Positions 34,258 through 43,933 of a stretch of 49,341 nt of DNA are shown here, piece after piece. The stretch lies in the sequence record SRR20825010_7068. The stretch is one strand, 5' to 3'. Each line of letters starts with the position of its first letter. Positions within the stretch are counted from its first letter, which is position 1. The translations under genes were made by a program, and so were the position numbers. The notes under the pieces were generated by a model. It had not been told where the DNA came from. It made no database searches and worked only from the letters and a program-made list of their open reading frames with translations.

Positions 34258-34704
34258 TCAGGGTTTCTCCGGCGGCCGGGGAAAACGGATTTTGACCTTG
34301 CGGCGGCCCCATTCACGGGCCGCCTGCACATCCTCCCCCATATAGATATCAATCTTGCGCTTCCAGCGTCGGTGCATCTTGTCTTTCACAAGCCAGACCC
34401 CGGGCAGGCCCTCCACGGTGACTTCGGTATTGTGCGTCAGCCCCATACGAATCAAGTCACGGGATACCGCGATGACCTGCATGCCCGGCTCAAGCCGATC
34501 CCCCCAGGCGGCCAACGCATGGTCGCGCCCCGCCCCCTGCCCGTGTAACGAGTTATAGGCAGACGCCGTTACCGTCAGCTCCATCATCGCCACCGCAGGG
34601 GCTTTTTCCGCCTCACAACGAGAGACCAGCCCGGTAGTAACCACCAGCACCAGGAAAAAGAACCCCGCATTCACTCGCCGTTGCAACGGCACTGCTACGC
34701 TCAT
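34258..34704 (-). CDS. 3D-domain protein (start at ATG 34704 or GTG 34674)
   Basis: VTASAYNS..IAVSRDL..VKDKM..RKIDIYMG..AREWGRRKV (three-Asp domain). Confidence 0.8.
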   Translation of the reverse strand: MSVAVPLQRRVNAGFFFLVLVVTTGLVSRCEAEKAPAVAMMELTVTASAYNSLHGQGAGRDHALAAWGDRLEPGMQVIAVSRDLIRMGLTHNTEVTVEGLPGVWLVKDKMHRRWKRKIDIYMGEDVQAAREWGRRKVKIRFPRPPEKP

Positions 34705-34707
34705 GGC

Positions 34708-35667
34708 ATGACTCTCCGTACTTTGCGCTTTTCTCTTATTGTTTTTACCGGGGTGCTGATGGCCGCTTGCAGTGTTTTTTCCGGCAAACAACCAGACACT
34801 ACCAGTATACCCGACCCCCTCCCCGAAACTGTGCGCGAGTGGGCCCCTGCCGGCACGCCACAGGGGGTCATTCTCGGCCTGCACAGCTTCGGGGATTTCG
34901 GCGCCGCGTTTGAACAGCTGGGCCCCTGGTTCGCCGAGGCCGGCTATCTGTTTGTGGCCTACGATCAGGCCGGCTTCGGCGACCGACTGGAGCAGGGACA
35001 CTGGGCCGGCGAGGCGACACTGGTGCAGGACGCCGTGACGCAAATCCGCCGCCTGCACCAGGACTACCCGCAACCCCTGTTTGTGCTTGGCGAAAGCCTG
35101 GGCGGCGCCGTAGGCATGCTCGCCGCACAACGGGAACCCGACAAGGTGGCAGGGCTAATACTCGCCGGCCCGGCGGTGCGCGAAGGTATTCGCTTTCGTT
35201 ACGGCTGGAACGCAGCCATCGCCACTGCTGCCACCCTGGCGCCAGGCTACCGCCTCACGGTGGAGCGCGATGCCGACGATCCGACCCTCTCGCCGGCCAG
35301 CGCCCAACGCCTGGCCAAGGATCCCCGCGTCATGCGTGAAGTGCGCATGGACGCGTACTGGGGGCTGATCAAGTTGGCGGACAGCGCCAGCGATTCGGCC
35401 AGCCAGCTGAACATACCCAGCCTGCTACTGTACGGGGGCAAGGATCACTCGGTCCCCGAAGCCGGTATTCGCCACCTGCGCGACCATCTGGCGGCGCAAG
35501 GCAGTTACCGTTTTTATCCGCAAGGCCCGCACCTGCTACTGCAGAGCAAAGAGTGGCAACAGGTCAGTCAGGATATCCTTCAATGGCTCCCCATGACGCA
35601 ACAGCGGCCACAGGAAAACACCGAAAATGGCCTCACCGGCCCCACTCCAACCTGTGAGGCCTGTTAA
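34708..35667 (+). CDS. Lysophospholipase/monoacylglycerol-lipase-like alpha/beta hydrolase, probable lipoprotein
   Basis: LMAAC lipobox-like; AYDQAGFG; GESLGG nucleophile; LLYGGKD; HLLL. Confidence 0.85.
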   Translation: MTLRTLRFSLIVFTGVLMAACSVFSGKQPDTTSIPDPLPETVREWAPAGTPQGVILGLHSFGDFGAAFEQLGPWFAEAGYLFVAYDQAGFGDRLEQGHWAGEATLVQDAVTQIRRLHQDYPQPLFVLGESLGGAVGMLAAQREPDKVAGLILAGPAVREGIRFRYGWNAAIATAATLAPGYRLTVERDADDPTLSPASAQRLAKDPRVMREVRMDAYWGLIKLADSASDSASQLNIPSLLLYGGKDHSVPEAGIRHLRDHLAAQGSYRFYPQGPHLLLQSKEWQQVSQDILQWLPMTQQRPQENTENGLTGPTPTCEAC

Positions 35668-35706
35668 GCTGGCGACACACCAACAGGGAAGAAGGGCAAA
35701 ACGACC

Positions 35707-36540
35707 ATGAGCAAACGCGTACTGATTACCGGCGGTAATTCTGGCATCGGCTTTTGTACCGCCGAGCAACTAGCCGGCCGTGGCGCGGAGGTGATCCTCG
35801 CCTGTCGCGACCAGACCAAAGGTCAGGCCGCCGTGGCCAAAATCAAGAATACCCACCCGCAGGCCAAAATACGTTTGTTCGCGCTGGATCTGTCGGACCT
35901 TGAACAGGTACGCGATTGTGCAGCCAAGCTCTACCAGGAGCTGGGGCACATTGATGTACTGATCAACAATGCCGGCGTGGTCCCCACCCGGCAGGAATTC
36001 ACCAAAGACGGTTACGAAATGCAGTTCGGGGTGAATTACCTGGCTCCGGTGCTGTTCACACACCTGATGCTGCCGCTGCTACAGAAAGGCACCCAGCCCC
36101 GGATTCTGCACCTGGCTTCGGTGGCTCACTGGCTGGGCCGTATCAACAAGAAAACCTGGAAAGGTCGCAAGCCCTACCTGGTCATGGACGCCTACGGTCA
36201 GTCCAAGCTCGCCAATATTCTGTTCAGCAATGTACTGGCCGACCGCCTGAAAGACACCGGCATCACCAGCAATGCCCTGCACCCCGGCGGCGTGGACACA
36301 CCGATTTTCCGTCATGTGCCCAGCGCCGTCATGGCGCTGATTCGCCCTACGCTCACTACCCCGGAAAAAGCCGCTTCGCTTCCGGTCAGCCTGGCGTTGG
36401 ACGAACAGTACGCGGATATCAGCGGCGAGTATTTCGCCAATCACAAACCGGCCCTGCGCTCCCCCCGGGCCCGCAACAGCAACCTGGCCGATGAGCTGTA
36501 TTACGACACCATGGCCGAACTGAATATGCCTGCCTTGTAA
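35707..36540 (+). CDS. Short-chain dehydrogenase (retinol dehydrogenase-like)
   Basis: TGGNSGIG, LDLSDL, NNAG, YGQSKLAN, LHPGGVDT. Confidence 0.92.
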   Translation: MSKRVLITGGNSGIGFCTAEQLAGRGAEVILACRDQTKGQAAVAKIKNTHPQAKIRLFALDLSDLEQVRDCAAKLYQELGHIDVLINNAGVVPTRQEFTKDGYEMQFGVNYLAPVLFTHLMLPLLQKGTQPRILHLASVAHWLGRINKKTWKGRKPYLVMDAYGQSKLANILFSNVLADRLKDTGITSNALHPGGVDTPIFRHVPSAVMALIRPTLTTPEKAASLPVSLALDEQYADISGEYFANHKPALRSPRARNSNLADELYYDTMAELNMPAL

Positions 36541-36605
36541 GGAAAGGACAGCAGCAAGCGACAAGCCACACGCGACAACAGGCCGGAAAGCAAGAAAGGC
36601 TATGA

Positions 36606-36652
36606 AACAGCAGGGGCCGCGTCCCGAAGGTCAGGAGGCGGCCCCTGCTGTT
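36606..36652. repeat. 15-bp perfect inverted repeat between convergent genes (REP-like or terminator)
   Basis: AACAGCAGGGGCCGC...GCGGCCCCTGCTGTT, flanked by AAGCnnC / AGCTTGn heptamers. Confidence 0.65.
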
Positions 36653-36711
36653 GGAGAAATGCCGCCCTTTATGGCGCTGTGGGCAGCTTGGAGCTTGCAG
36701 CCAACCCGTCA

Positions 36712-37293
36712 TCACTCCAGTGCGGCCACCCTGACCGCCGCTTGTAGCTCGGGATAGAACGCCAGGAACCCGGCCTCCAGTGCCTGATAGCGCGGCTCAA
36801 TTTCCTGGATGATGCCGGCAAAGTCATTGGCAAAGCGGATACGCCCGGCGATCACATCCAGCGCCTGCCCAACCCGCTCCAACTCTCCGTATTGGTTAAG
36901 CAGATCATGCTCAATCAGGCGCTCCACCCGCTCACGCATGGGGAGGTGCATCAACGGCAGGCCCGCTTGCAGATGTTGGTAATGGCGGATAATGGCTGCG
37001 TCCCGGTCATGTCCGTAGAAGGTGGCCCAGTGCTGCCACAGAAAATGATCGAACAACACGTCCAGCGCCACTCCGGCAAAACGACGCCGGCGGGCCGAGA
37101 ACCCACGGCGTTGCGCCATCACCCAGGGATGCTGGTCGGTGAACCGGTCCACCAAACGATGATTATCCAGCCCCCGGCGCAGTGGCTCACTCAGCTCGCT
37201 GACCACCGCACCGCGCATAAAATCCCCCAGTACATTACCTACCTTGGAAGGCACCGACGGTTGCGCCAGGGTCAAATGGGCCAGGTAATTCAC
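36712..37293 (-). CDS. acpH: Acyl carrier protein phosphodiesterase
   Basis: NYLAHL..GNVLGDFMRG..HRLVDRFTDQHP..LDVLFDHFL; GTG start overlapping the GNAT stop. Confidence 0.9.
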   Translation of the reverse strand: MNYLAHLTLAQPSVPSKVGNVLGDFMRGAVVSELSEPLRRGLDNHRLVDRFTDQHPWVMAQRRGFSARRRRFAGVALDVLFDHFLWQHWATFYGHDRDAAIIRHYQHLQAGLPLMHLPMRERVERLIEHDLLNQYGELERVGQALDVIAGRIRFANDFAGIIQEIEPRYQALEAGFLAFYPELQAAVRVAALE

Positions 37294-37886
37294 GATGCAC
37301 CACGGTCCAGTCGATAACGCAGGTTCTGGCACACGGCCGGCCATTCCTGCTCAAGAATGGAAAACACCACCGTATCGCGGTACACCCCGTCAGCTGAGCG
37401 GGTATGGTGGCGCAGCACGCCGTCCTGCTTGGCCCCAAGACGGGCAATGGCTGTGCGTGATGCGTGATTATGCCAGTGCGTGCGTAGCTCCACCGCGATG
37501 GCATTCAGGGTCTCGAAGGCATGCCCGAGCAGCAGCAACTTGCACTCACTGTTCACCGCGCTGCGCTGAAAACGGCGGGCATACCAGGTGTGGCCGAGCT
37601 CCAGGCGCGCATTATTCTCGTCGACACGAAAAAAGCGGGTGCTGCCGATCACCTTGCCGCTGGCACGGTGGCGCACCGCGAAGGGCATATCGCCCTGTGC
37701 CCGCCCTTGCAAAGCCGTATCGATATAATCCGCCACCGTTGCCGGGGCAGGCACCGTGGTATACCAAAGTCGCCACAACTCGCCATCGGCCGTCGCCTCG
37801 GCCAGATCCTCCGCATGGTCTGCGCACAACGGCTCCAGCACCACATGCTCGCCTTCCAGCGTGACCGGTTTTATCCATTGCTCCAT
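37290..37886 (-). CDS. GNAT/RimJ-RimL-family N-acetyltransferase
   Basis: PVTLEGEHVVLEPL, IGSTRF, LELGHTW, SRTAIARLGAKQDGVLR..RDTVVFSIL..EWP; ATG 37886 with GAGG RBS. Confidence 0.9.
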   Translation of the reverse strand: MEQWIKPVTLEGEHVVLEPLCADHAEDLAEATADGELWRLWYTTVPAPATVADYIDTALQGRAQGDMPFAVRHRASGKVIGSTRFFRVDENNARLELGHTWYARRFQRSAVNSECKLLLLGHAFETLNAIAVELRTHWHNHASRTAIARLGAKQDGVLRHHTRSADGVYRDTVVFSILEQEWPAVCQNLRYRLDRGAS

Positions 37887-37965
37887 TTGCCACCTCTGTA
37901 CGTCAGGCAATTCCATGCGCTCTCCTGCCGGCGCCCGTCTTACCTGTACCCCGGCGGCGAGAAAA

Positions 37966-38373
<408 letters not shown>

Positions 38374-38521
38374 TTACTGTGCAACCGGTGTGCCCCGGTT
38401 CACAGCTACTACGATAACTGCTCGTAAAATGTCCGCAGCAAGCGCTGTGCACCTTAGCGGCAGCCCAGAATAATGGCATTATAGTGACCTGTCGAAACCC
38501 ATCATTATCAACCGGAACAGC

Positions 38522-39430
38522 ATGGCCACTCTTTTTGTCGAAAATTTAACCGTCGCCGATTTCTCCTACCTGCACCCCAAGCGCGGCATGGTGGGCGAAT
38601 CCTGGCTGGTGGACCTGGAACTGAGCGGCGATCTGGATGATCAGGGCATGGTCTTCGACTTCGGCCACATCAAAAAGCGCATCAAGCAGATCATTGATGA
38701 CAGCGTAGATCACCGTCTGCTGGTTCCCGTGGACAATGACCAGGCCACCATCGCCGAACGCGATAACGACACCAGCCTGGAATGGGCATACCGGGGTGGC
38801 ACCATCCGCATGATGGCGCCCAGCCAGAGCCTGTTGCTGATGCCCGGTCCGGAAGTGTCCAAGGCCAGCCTGACCTTGTATCTGATGGATCTAATCCAGA
38901 CCGTCGTACCGGCGAATGTAGCGGAAGTGCGCGTGGTGCTGCGCGAAGAAGACACCGGCACCGCGCCGTTCTACCACTATTCCCATGGCCTGAAAAAACA
39001 CGACGGCAACTGCCAGCGCATTGCCCACGGCCATCGTTCCAATATTCACATTTTCGAGAATGGCCGGCGCAGCCGTTACTGGGAAAAGCTCTGGGCGGAC
39101 CGCTGGGAAGACATCTATCTGGGCACGGAAGAAGATCTGGAAGGCACCTACTACATCGATGAAATTCCCCACCACCGGTTCCGCTACGATGCCGAGCAGG
39201 GTCATTTCGAGCTGGTAATCCCGGAAGACCATTGCTACATGGTCGACACGGACACCACCGTCGAACAGCTGGCCGCGCACATTGCAGCCCAACTGGCCGA
39301 TGAAGCTCCCGGCAAGCACTTTCGGGTCCGCGCCTTCGAAGGTGTCGGCAAAGGCGCCATCGCCGAAGCCGGCGAGAACCTGCCCGGGAAAACCCATAGC
39401 AGCTGGCTCAGCGGCACATCGGTGATCTGA
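38522..39430 (+). CDS. QueD-like 6-carboxytetrahydropterin synthase family, two-domain form
   Basis: GMVFDFG..K..DHRLL in the N-domain; YSHGLKKHDGNCQRIAHGH, TTVEQLA, AFEGVGKGA in the C-domain. Confidence 0.8.
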   Translation: MATLFVENLTVADFSYLHPKRGMVGESWLVDLELSGDLDDQGMVFDFGHIKKRIKQIIDDSVDHRLLVPVDNDQATIAERDNDTSLEWAYRGGTIRMMAPSQSLLLMPGPEVSKASLTLYLMDLIQTVVPANVAEVRVVLREEDTGTAPFYHYSHGLKKHDGNCQRIAHGHRSNIHIFENGRRSRYWEKLWADRWEDIYLGTEEDLEGTYYIDEIPHHRFRYDAEQGHFELVIPEDHCYMVDTDTTVEQLAAHIAAQLADEAPGKHFRVRAFEGVGKGAIAEAGENLPGKTHSSWLSGTSVI

Positions 39431-39588
39431 GAACAAGCTCTTAGCGGCAAGCTTCAAGCTGCAACGCGGGTTAGGCTGGTACTACACGATAGTCGCCCTG
39501 CCCGCGAAAGATCAGTTGACAGTTCAACGTGAAAAGTTGAACAGGAAAGCAGGGAGAGCTTTTCCCGCTTCCCCATCCTAGCGTGTAG

Positions 39589-40536
39589 CTATTCTTCTGC
39601 CAGAATTCGCTCTGCCTCTTCCTGAATCAACCGCCGCAGCCAACGGTGAGCCACGTTGTGGTGCAACAGCGAGGACCAGGCCATTTTCAGCTCGAACTCG
39701 GGGATATCAAATGGCGGCTGTTTGATCAGCAAACGCTCATTTTGGGCCTGCATGCGCGCCACCCGGCTTGGCAGCGTGGCCACCAGGTCGTTATTCATGG
39801 CCAGCAAGGCGGGCATTTGATAATGACGAGTGAAGATGCTGATCTTGCGGCTCTTGCCCAACTGTTCCAGGGCATGGTCAATCCACCCCAGCCCGCCGAG
39901 CTTTTCCGGATTCATGCCGAATCCCACGCCAAAACCGGTTTTTGATACCCAGATGTGCTGGGCGGACAGATAGCTATCCAGATCAAAGCCTTCGGCAATG
40001 GGGTTATCCCGGTTGAGCAAGCAGGAAAAGGAGTCTTTCCAGAGGCTTACCTGGTGAAATGAGCCCGGGATTTCGTTAAAGCGATTCACCGCCATATCCA
40101 CCCGGCCCTGCTCCATGTCCTGGTAGCTCACGTCCGACGGGGTCAGGAAATCCAGCACCACATTGGGCGCCTCGGCGCGCAGGCGACGAACAATATGGGG
40201 CACCAGAGTCGCTTCCGCATAATCACTGGTCATGATCCGAAACACCCGGCGACTGTCCGCCGGCTGGAACACGTCCTCGGGGGTGAACAATTGCTCCGCC
40301 TGGGACAGAATTTGCCGCACCAACGGCCGCAGCTCCTGTGCGCGTTCCGTCGCCGTCATGCCGTCACTGGTACGGATCAGCAAAGGATCACCAAATAACT
40401 CGCGCAACCGTTTCAGCGAATTACTCATCGCCGGCTGGGTAATCCCCAGCTGCTCCGCCGCTCGGGTCACATTCTGCTCACGCAGAAGCACATCCAGATA
40501 CTTGAGCAGATTCAGATCTGCCGCACCAATATTCAT
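39589..40536 (-). CDS. LysR-family transcriptional regulator
   Basis: DLNLLKYLDVLLREQNVTRAAEQLGITQPAMSNSLKRLRELFGDPLL HTH; likely ATG 40536. Confidence 0.93.
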   Translation of the reverse strand: MNIGAADLNLLKYLDVLLREQNVTRAAEQLGITQPAMSNSLKRLRELFGDPLLIRTSDGMTATERAQELRPLVRQILSQAEQLFTPEDVFQPADSRRVFRIMTSDYAEATLVPHIVRRLRAEAPNVVLDFLTPSDVSYQDMEQGRVDMAVNRFNEIPGSFHQVSLWKDSFSCLLNRDNPIAEGFDLDSYLSAQHIWVSKTGFGVGFGMNPEKLGGLGWIDHALEQLGKSRKISIFTRHYQMPALLAMNNDLVATLPSRVARMQAQNERLLIKQPPFDIPEFELKMAWSSLLHHNVAHRWLRRLIQEEAERILAEE

Positions 40537-40545
40537 TTTATGAAT
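40531..40545. promoter_or_regulatory. Palindrome over the LysR start codon, probable autoregulatory T-N11-A box
   Basis: ATTCAT-TTT-ATGAAT. Confidence 0.5.
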
Positions 40546-40842
40546 AGCCACTCATGCCCACATCAACAGGATCAATTCTAGCACTGGCTGATCCTCACTG
40601 GCACCGTGCACCAGATCACAAGGCCATGACGTTTCTCTGTGTAAAAAAAACTTTTACGCATTTGAGTGTTAACCGTGTCTCTATTTCGCCATTACTGGCA
40701 TGTTGCCAGTATCGCCTGGAGGCAAAAAAATGCGTAAGGTCTGAAGCTTGTGTCCAGATAACAGCACAGCCTGCTCTGTTGTCATAGGCCGGCAAGCCTT
40801 TCTCGCCAGCCCCATGTAAGCAGGCGTGATTCAGAGGTTACT

Positions 40843-41115
40843 ATGACAAGCAACGCAACCACGCGAACCGAGAAGTTCGTGGTTCGTTTTCCCTGCGGTA
40901 TGCGAAACGAGGTCGCGGAAGCGGCCAACCACAGCCATCGCAGCATGAACGCGGAAATTATTGCCCGGTTGGAACATAGCCTGAAGAACTGGCCGCATAC
41001 CCTGCCCCACGGCGAAGCAGCGGTGCCGCAAGGCAACGAAGAAGCCTTCCTGCTGGAACGCTTTCGCCAACTCCCTCAAGGGAAACAGCAGGCACTGTTA
41101 GCGCTTTTGGATTAG
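40843..41115 (+). CDS. Arc-family ribbon-helix-helix regulator, AmrZ/AlgZ-like
   Basis: TEKFVVRFPCGMRNEVAEAA..HRSMNAEIIARLEHSL closely follows AmrZ DKFVVRLPEGMR..HRSMNSEIIARLEQSL; GAGG RBS. Confidence 0.88.
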   Translation: MTSNATTRTEKFVVRFPCGMRNEVAEAANHSHRSMNAEIIARLEHSLKNWPHTLPHGEAAVPQGNEEAFLLERFRQLPQGKQQALLALLD

Positions 41116-41275
41116 ATTAACTCTGCCGGGCTAACCACAGCTGCCCTTTTGTCCTTACAATACACCGCTGGCCACGTGCCCATTATCGATATGACAGTAC
41201 TTTGCACTATGATGTAGTGCATGCTGCTCACGCACGCAGTCACCGATTCATGGACTGAAAGGAGCCTCTACGGCC

Positions 41276-42505
41276 GTGACCGCAAACCAGAACCATACCC
41301 CACTGCCAACCGGCAACGATATTACGTTACCGTGGCACCTTCGCCTGCCCAAACCGCTGGAAAAGGATTTTCGCCTATATTTCCGGGCAAGCGTGGCCAA
41401 AGTCATGCCCTGGGCGCTGGCACTGGTGGCGTTCCTGATTGTCTCCGCCATGTTTATCGAGTCACGCATTTCTCCCGACGTTCTCAACATTTCCTGGCGC
41501 CCACGCCTTTTCACCTTGATGCTCACCGGCGGCTGTCTGGTATTAATCCGCAAGCCCCAATGGCGCAACTGGCTTCATGAAGCCACGCTGATACTGGCAT
41601 TCGCCATTGCCCTTACCGGCAATTATCTGGGCGCCATTGTCGATCACCCCTTGGCCTACACTTTCTTCTTTCACACCCCTCTGGCCATCCTGATGATCTG
41701 CATCCTGATACGGGTGCCATTCTATTCCGCACTGGTTAGTTCAGTGATCATGATTGGCTGCATGGTTTTCAGCCTGCAACTCGGCTCCAACCGCCATCCC
41801 TTTGAACCATCCACCCTGGTATTGGTATCACTGGCCTTTGCGAGCATGAGCCTGTTTGGCCAATACGTGTACGAGCGACTGTTGCGACAGCACTTCCTCT
41901 CCGAACATGTACTGTTCCAGCACAGAAACGAATTACACTCCGCTAATCTGGTACTGGAAAACCAGGCCACCGTCGACGGCATGACCGGCTGTATCAATCG
42001 CCGGGGAATGGAAAGCCGCCTGAGCCACCTCTATCACAAGCTGAATCAGAACAACCCGGATGCGCCAGAACGTATTACCCTGATGTTGTTCGACATCGAT
42101 TTTTTCAAACAGTACAACGATACCTATGGCCACCCGGCCGGCGATGAATGCCTGAAAAAAGTGGCGGGCGTTCCTCTGGGAATGGTGCAAAGCGATACCG
42201 ATTTCGTAGCCCGCTACGGTGGCGAGGAATTTGTCATTACCCTGACTGACTCCAGCTTCAACGATGCGCTGGTTTTCGCTGAGCGCATGCGTAACCGGGT
42301 CGAGCAACTTGGCCTTCCCCACAGCGGCTCCCGGGTCAGCCAGGTAGTCACCATCAGCGTTGGCGTCGCCTGCTCGGACGGTACCGCCGCAGACGGTGCC
42401 CAGCTCTTGAAAATGGCCGATGAAGCGCTATATCAGGCAAAAGGTGCCGGGCGAAACCGGGTAGCAATGATGAGCAATCAAGGCGTAGTGGAGATGCTGA
42501 ATTAG
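41276..42505 (+). CDS. Membrane-bound diguanylate cyclase (GGDEF domain)
   Basis: About 6 TM helices; DGMTGCINRRG, FDIDFFKQYNDTYGHPAGD, ARYGGEEF, ADEALYQAK..GRNR. Confidence 0.93.
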   Translation: MTANQNHTPLPTGNDITLPWHLRLPKPLEKDFRLYFRASVAKVMPWALALVAFLIVSAMFIESRISPDVLNISWRPRLFTLMLTGGCLVLIRKPQWRNWLHEATLILAFAIALTGNYLGAIVDHPLAYTFFFHTPLAILMICILIRVPFYSALVSSVIMIGCMVFSLQLGSNRHPFEPSTLVLVSLAFASMSLFGQYVYERLLRQHFLSEHVLFQHRNELHSANLVLENQATVDGMTGCINRRGMESRLSHLYHKLNQNNPDAPERITLMLFDIDFFKQYNDTYGHPAGDECLKKVAGVPLGMVQSDTDFVARYGGEEFVITLTDSSFNDALVFAERMRNRVEQLGLPHSGSRVSQVVTISVGVACSDGTAADGAQLLKMADEALYQAKGAGRNRVAMMSNQGVVEMLN

Positions 42506-42562
42506 TGGATAGTTGAACTGGCTATGGCATGCCGGTGCCATTAACCGCTGTCGGCGAACAAC

Positions 42563-42593
42563 AAGAGGCCGTGCTCGATGAGCGCGGCCTCTT
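42563..42593. terminator. Hairpin between the convergent DGC and hmp genes
   Basis: AAGAGGCCGTGCTC-GAT-GAGCGCGGCCTCTT. Confidence 0.6.
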
Positions 42594-42620
42594 CCGTTAG
42601 CAGCCCGGCGCTGCAGACAC

Positions 42621-43844
42621 TCAAGCGGCAAGCCCTTCTGCCGGACCGAAGAACTCGTAATGGATATCCGCATCGTCCACGCCTTTTTCCTGCAGCACGC
42701 CATACAGGGCCTTCAGCATGGGCACCGGGCCACAGAAGTAATACTCTGCGCGACGCTCTCCCACCAACTGATCCAGCAATGCACGATCCAGAAACCCGGT
42801 GCTGTCAAAACCACCTTTCGCCTTATCCTGGGCAGACGGCTCGCTGTAACGAACATGACAATGCAAATTTTCATGACTGTCCGTCAGCATTTGCAGTTCC
42901 GAAGCAAAAGGCCGAACGGCTCCATTCACGGCACACTGGATAAATATCACTTCACGCCCCTTCTGCTGAGCCAGCGCCCCATGCAGCATGGAAAGCAGCG
43001 GCGTAATTCCCACACCACCAGCAACCAGCACCAGCGGCACGCCGTCACCCGCAGAGTCAGCCAGGGTAAACTCTCCACAGGGAGGCGCCACTTCGACAAC
43101 CTCCCCTTCCTGGATATGCTCATGGATATAACCTGAACACACACCATGGGGCGCCGCGTCAGCGGGAGCCAGCTCCCGTTTTACACTGATTCGATAATGG
43201 CTTTCCCCCGGCGCGCAGGAGAGGCTGTAGTTACGCATTACCGGCTGACCACCGGGCGGCGTCACCCGTACGGTAATGTACTGGCCGGGCTCGTGCGGCT
43301 GCAGGGCCTCTCCATCCTGGCGAGCCAGGTAAAGGGAAACAATATTCTCACTTTCCTTCTCGCGGCGGGCAACGACAAAGGGCTTGAAGCCCTGCCAACC
43401 GAACGCATCCTGCTGATGCTGGTACAACGCCCCTTCACGGCCAATAAAGATGTCTGCCAACGCCCCGTAAGCCGCCGCCCAGGCATCAACGATCTCCGAC
43501 GTTTCATCAACTCCAAGCACCTCCTGAATAGACGCTAACAGGTTTGCGCCAACAATCGGATAGTGCTGCGGCTGAATCCCCAGGGAAACGTGCTTCTGGG
43601 CAATCAGCTCCACCGCATCTGCCAGTGCCGCCGGGTTATCCACGTGCTGTGCATAGGCACAAATAGCCCCCGCCAGAGCTCGCTGCTGGGTTCCAGCCTG
43701 CTGATGGGCCGGATTAAAAAAGGGCCGCACCTCCGGGTTCTCCCGGAACATACGTGCATAGAAATGCCGGGTGAGTGCCTCTCCGTTTTCCTGAAGAACA
43801 GGAACGGTTTGTTGAATAACAGCCAATTGGTCCTGCGTAAGCAC
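42621..43844 (-). CDS. hmp: Flavohemoglobin (NO dioxygenase)
   Basis: Globin domain (FYARMF..IAQKHVSLGI..HYPIVG), FAD domain RNYSLS..ISVKRE, NAD domain GGVGITP..FCGP..YEFFGP; GTG start with AGGAG RBS. Confidence 0.96.
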   Translation of the reverse strand: MLTQDQLAVIQQTVPVLQENGEALTRHFYARMFRENPEVRPFFNPAHQQAGTQQRALAGAICAYAQHVDNPAALADAVELIAQKHVSLGIQPQHYPIVGANLLASIQEVLGVDETSEIVDAWAAAYGALADIFIGREGALYQHQQDAFGWQGFKPFVVARREKESENIVSLYLARQDGEALQPHEPGQYITVRVTPPGGQPVMRNYSLSCAPGESHYRISVKRELAPADAAPHGVCSGYIHEHIQEGEVVEVAPPCGEFTLADSAGDGVPLVLVAGGVGITPLLSMLHGALAQQKGREVIFIQCAVNGAVRPFASELQMLTDSHENLHCHVRYSEPSAQDKAKGGFDSTGFLDRALLDQLVGERRAEYYFCGPVPMLKALYGVLQEKGVDDADIHYEFFGPAEGLAA

Positions 43845-43869
43845 GGCGCGACTCCTGTTGATGACATTA

Positions 43870-43890
43870 ATAGGTATTTTACATGCCTCT
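43870..43890. promoter_or_regulatory. Probable NsrR operator between hmp and nsrR
   Basis: AGGTAT-TTTAC-ATGCCT inverted repeat with 5-nt spacer (NsrR geometry); second AGGCAT half-site at 43898-43903. Confidence 0.65.
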
Positions 43891-43933
43891 TTTAAATAGG
43901 CATATTAGGCACTCATTTAATGCAGGTCAAGCC

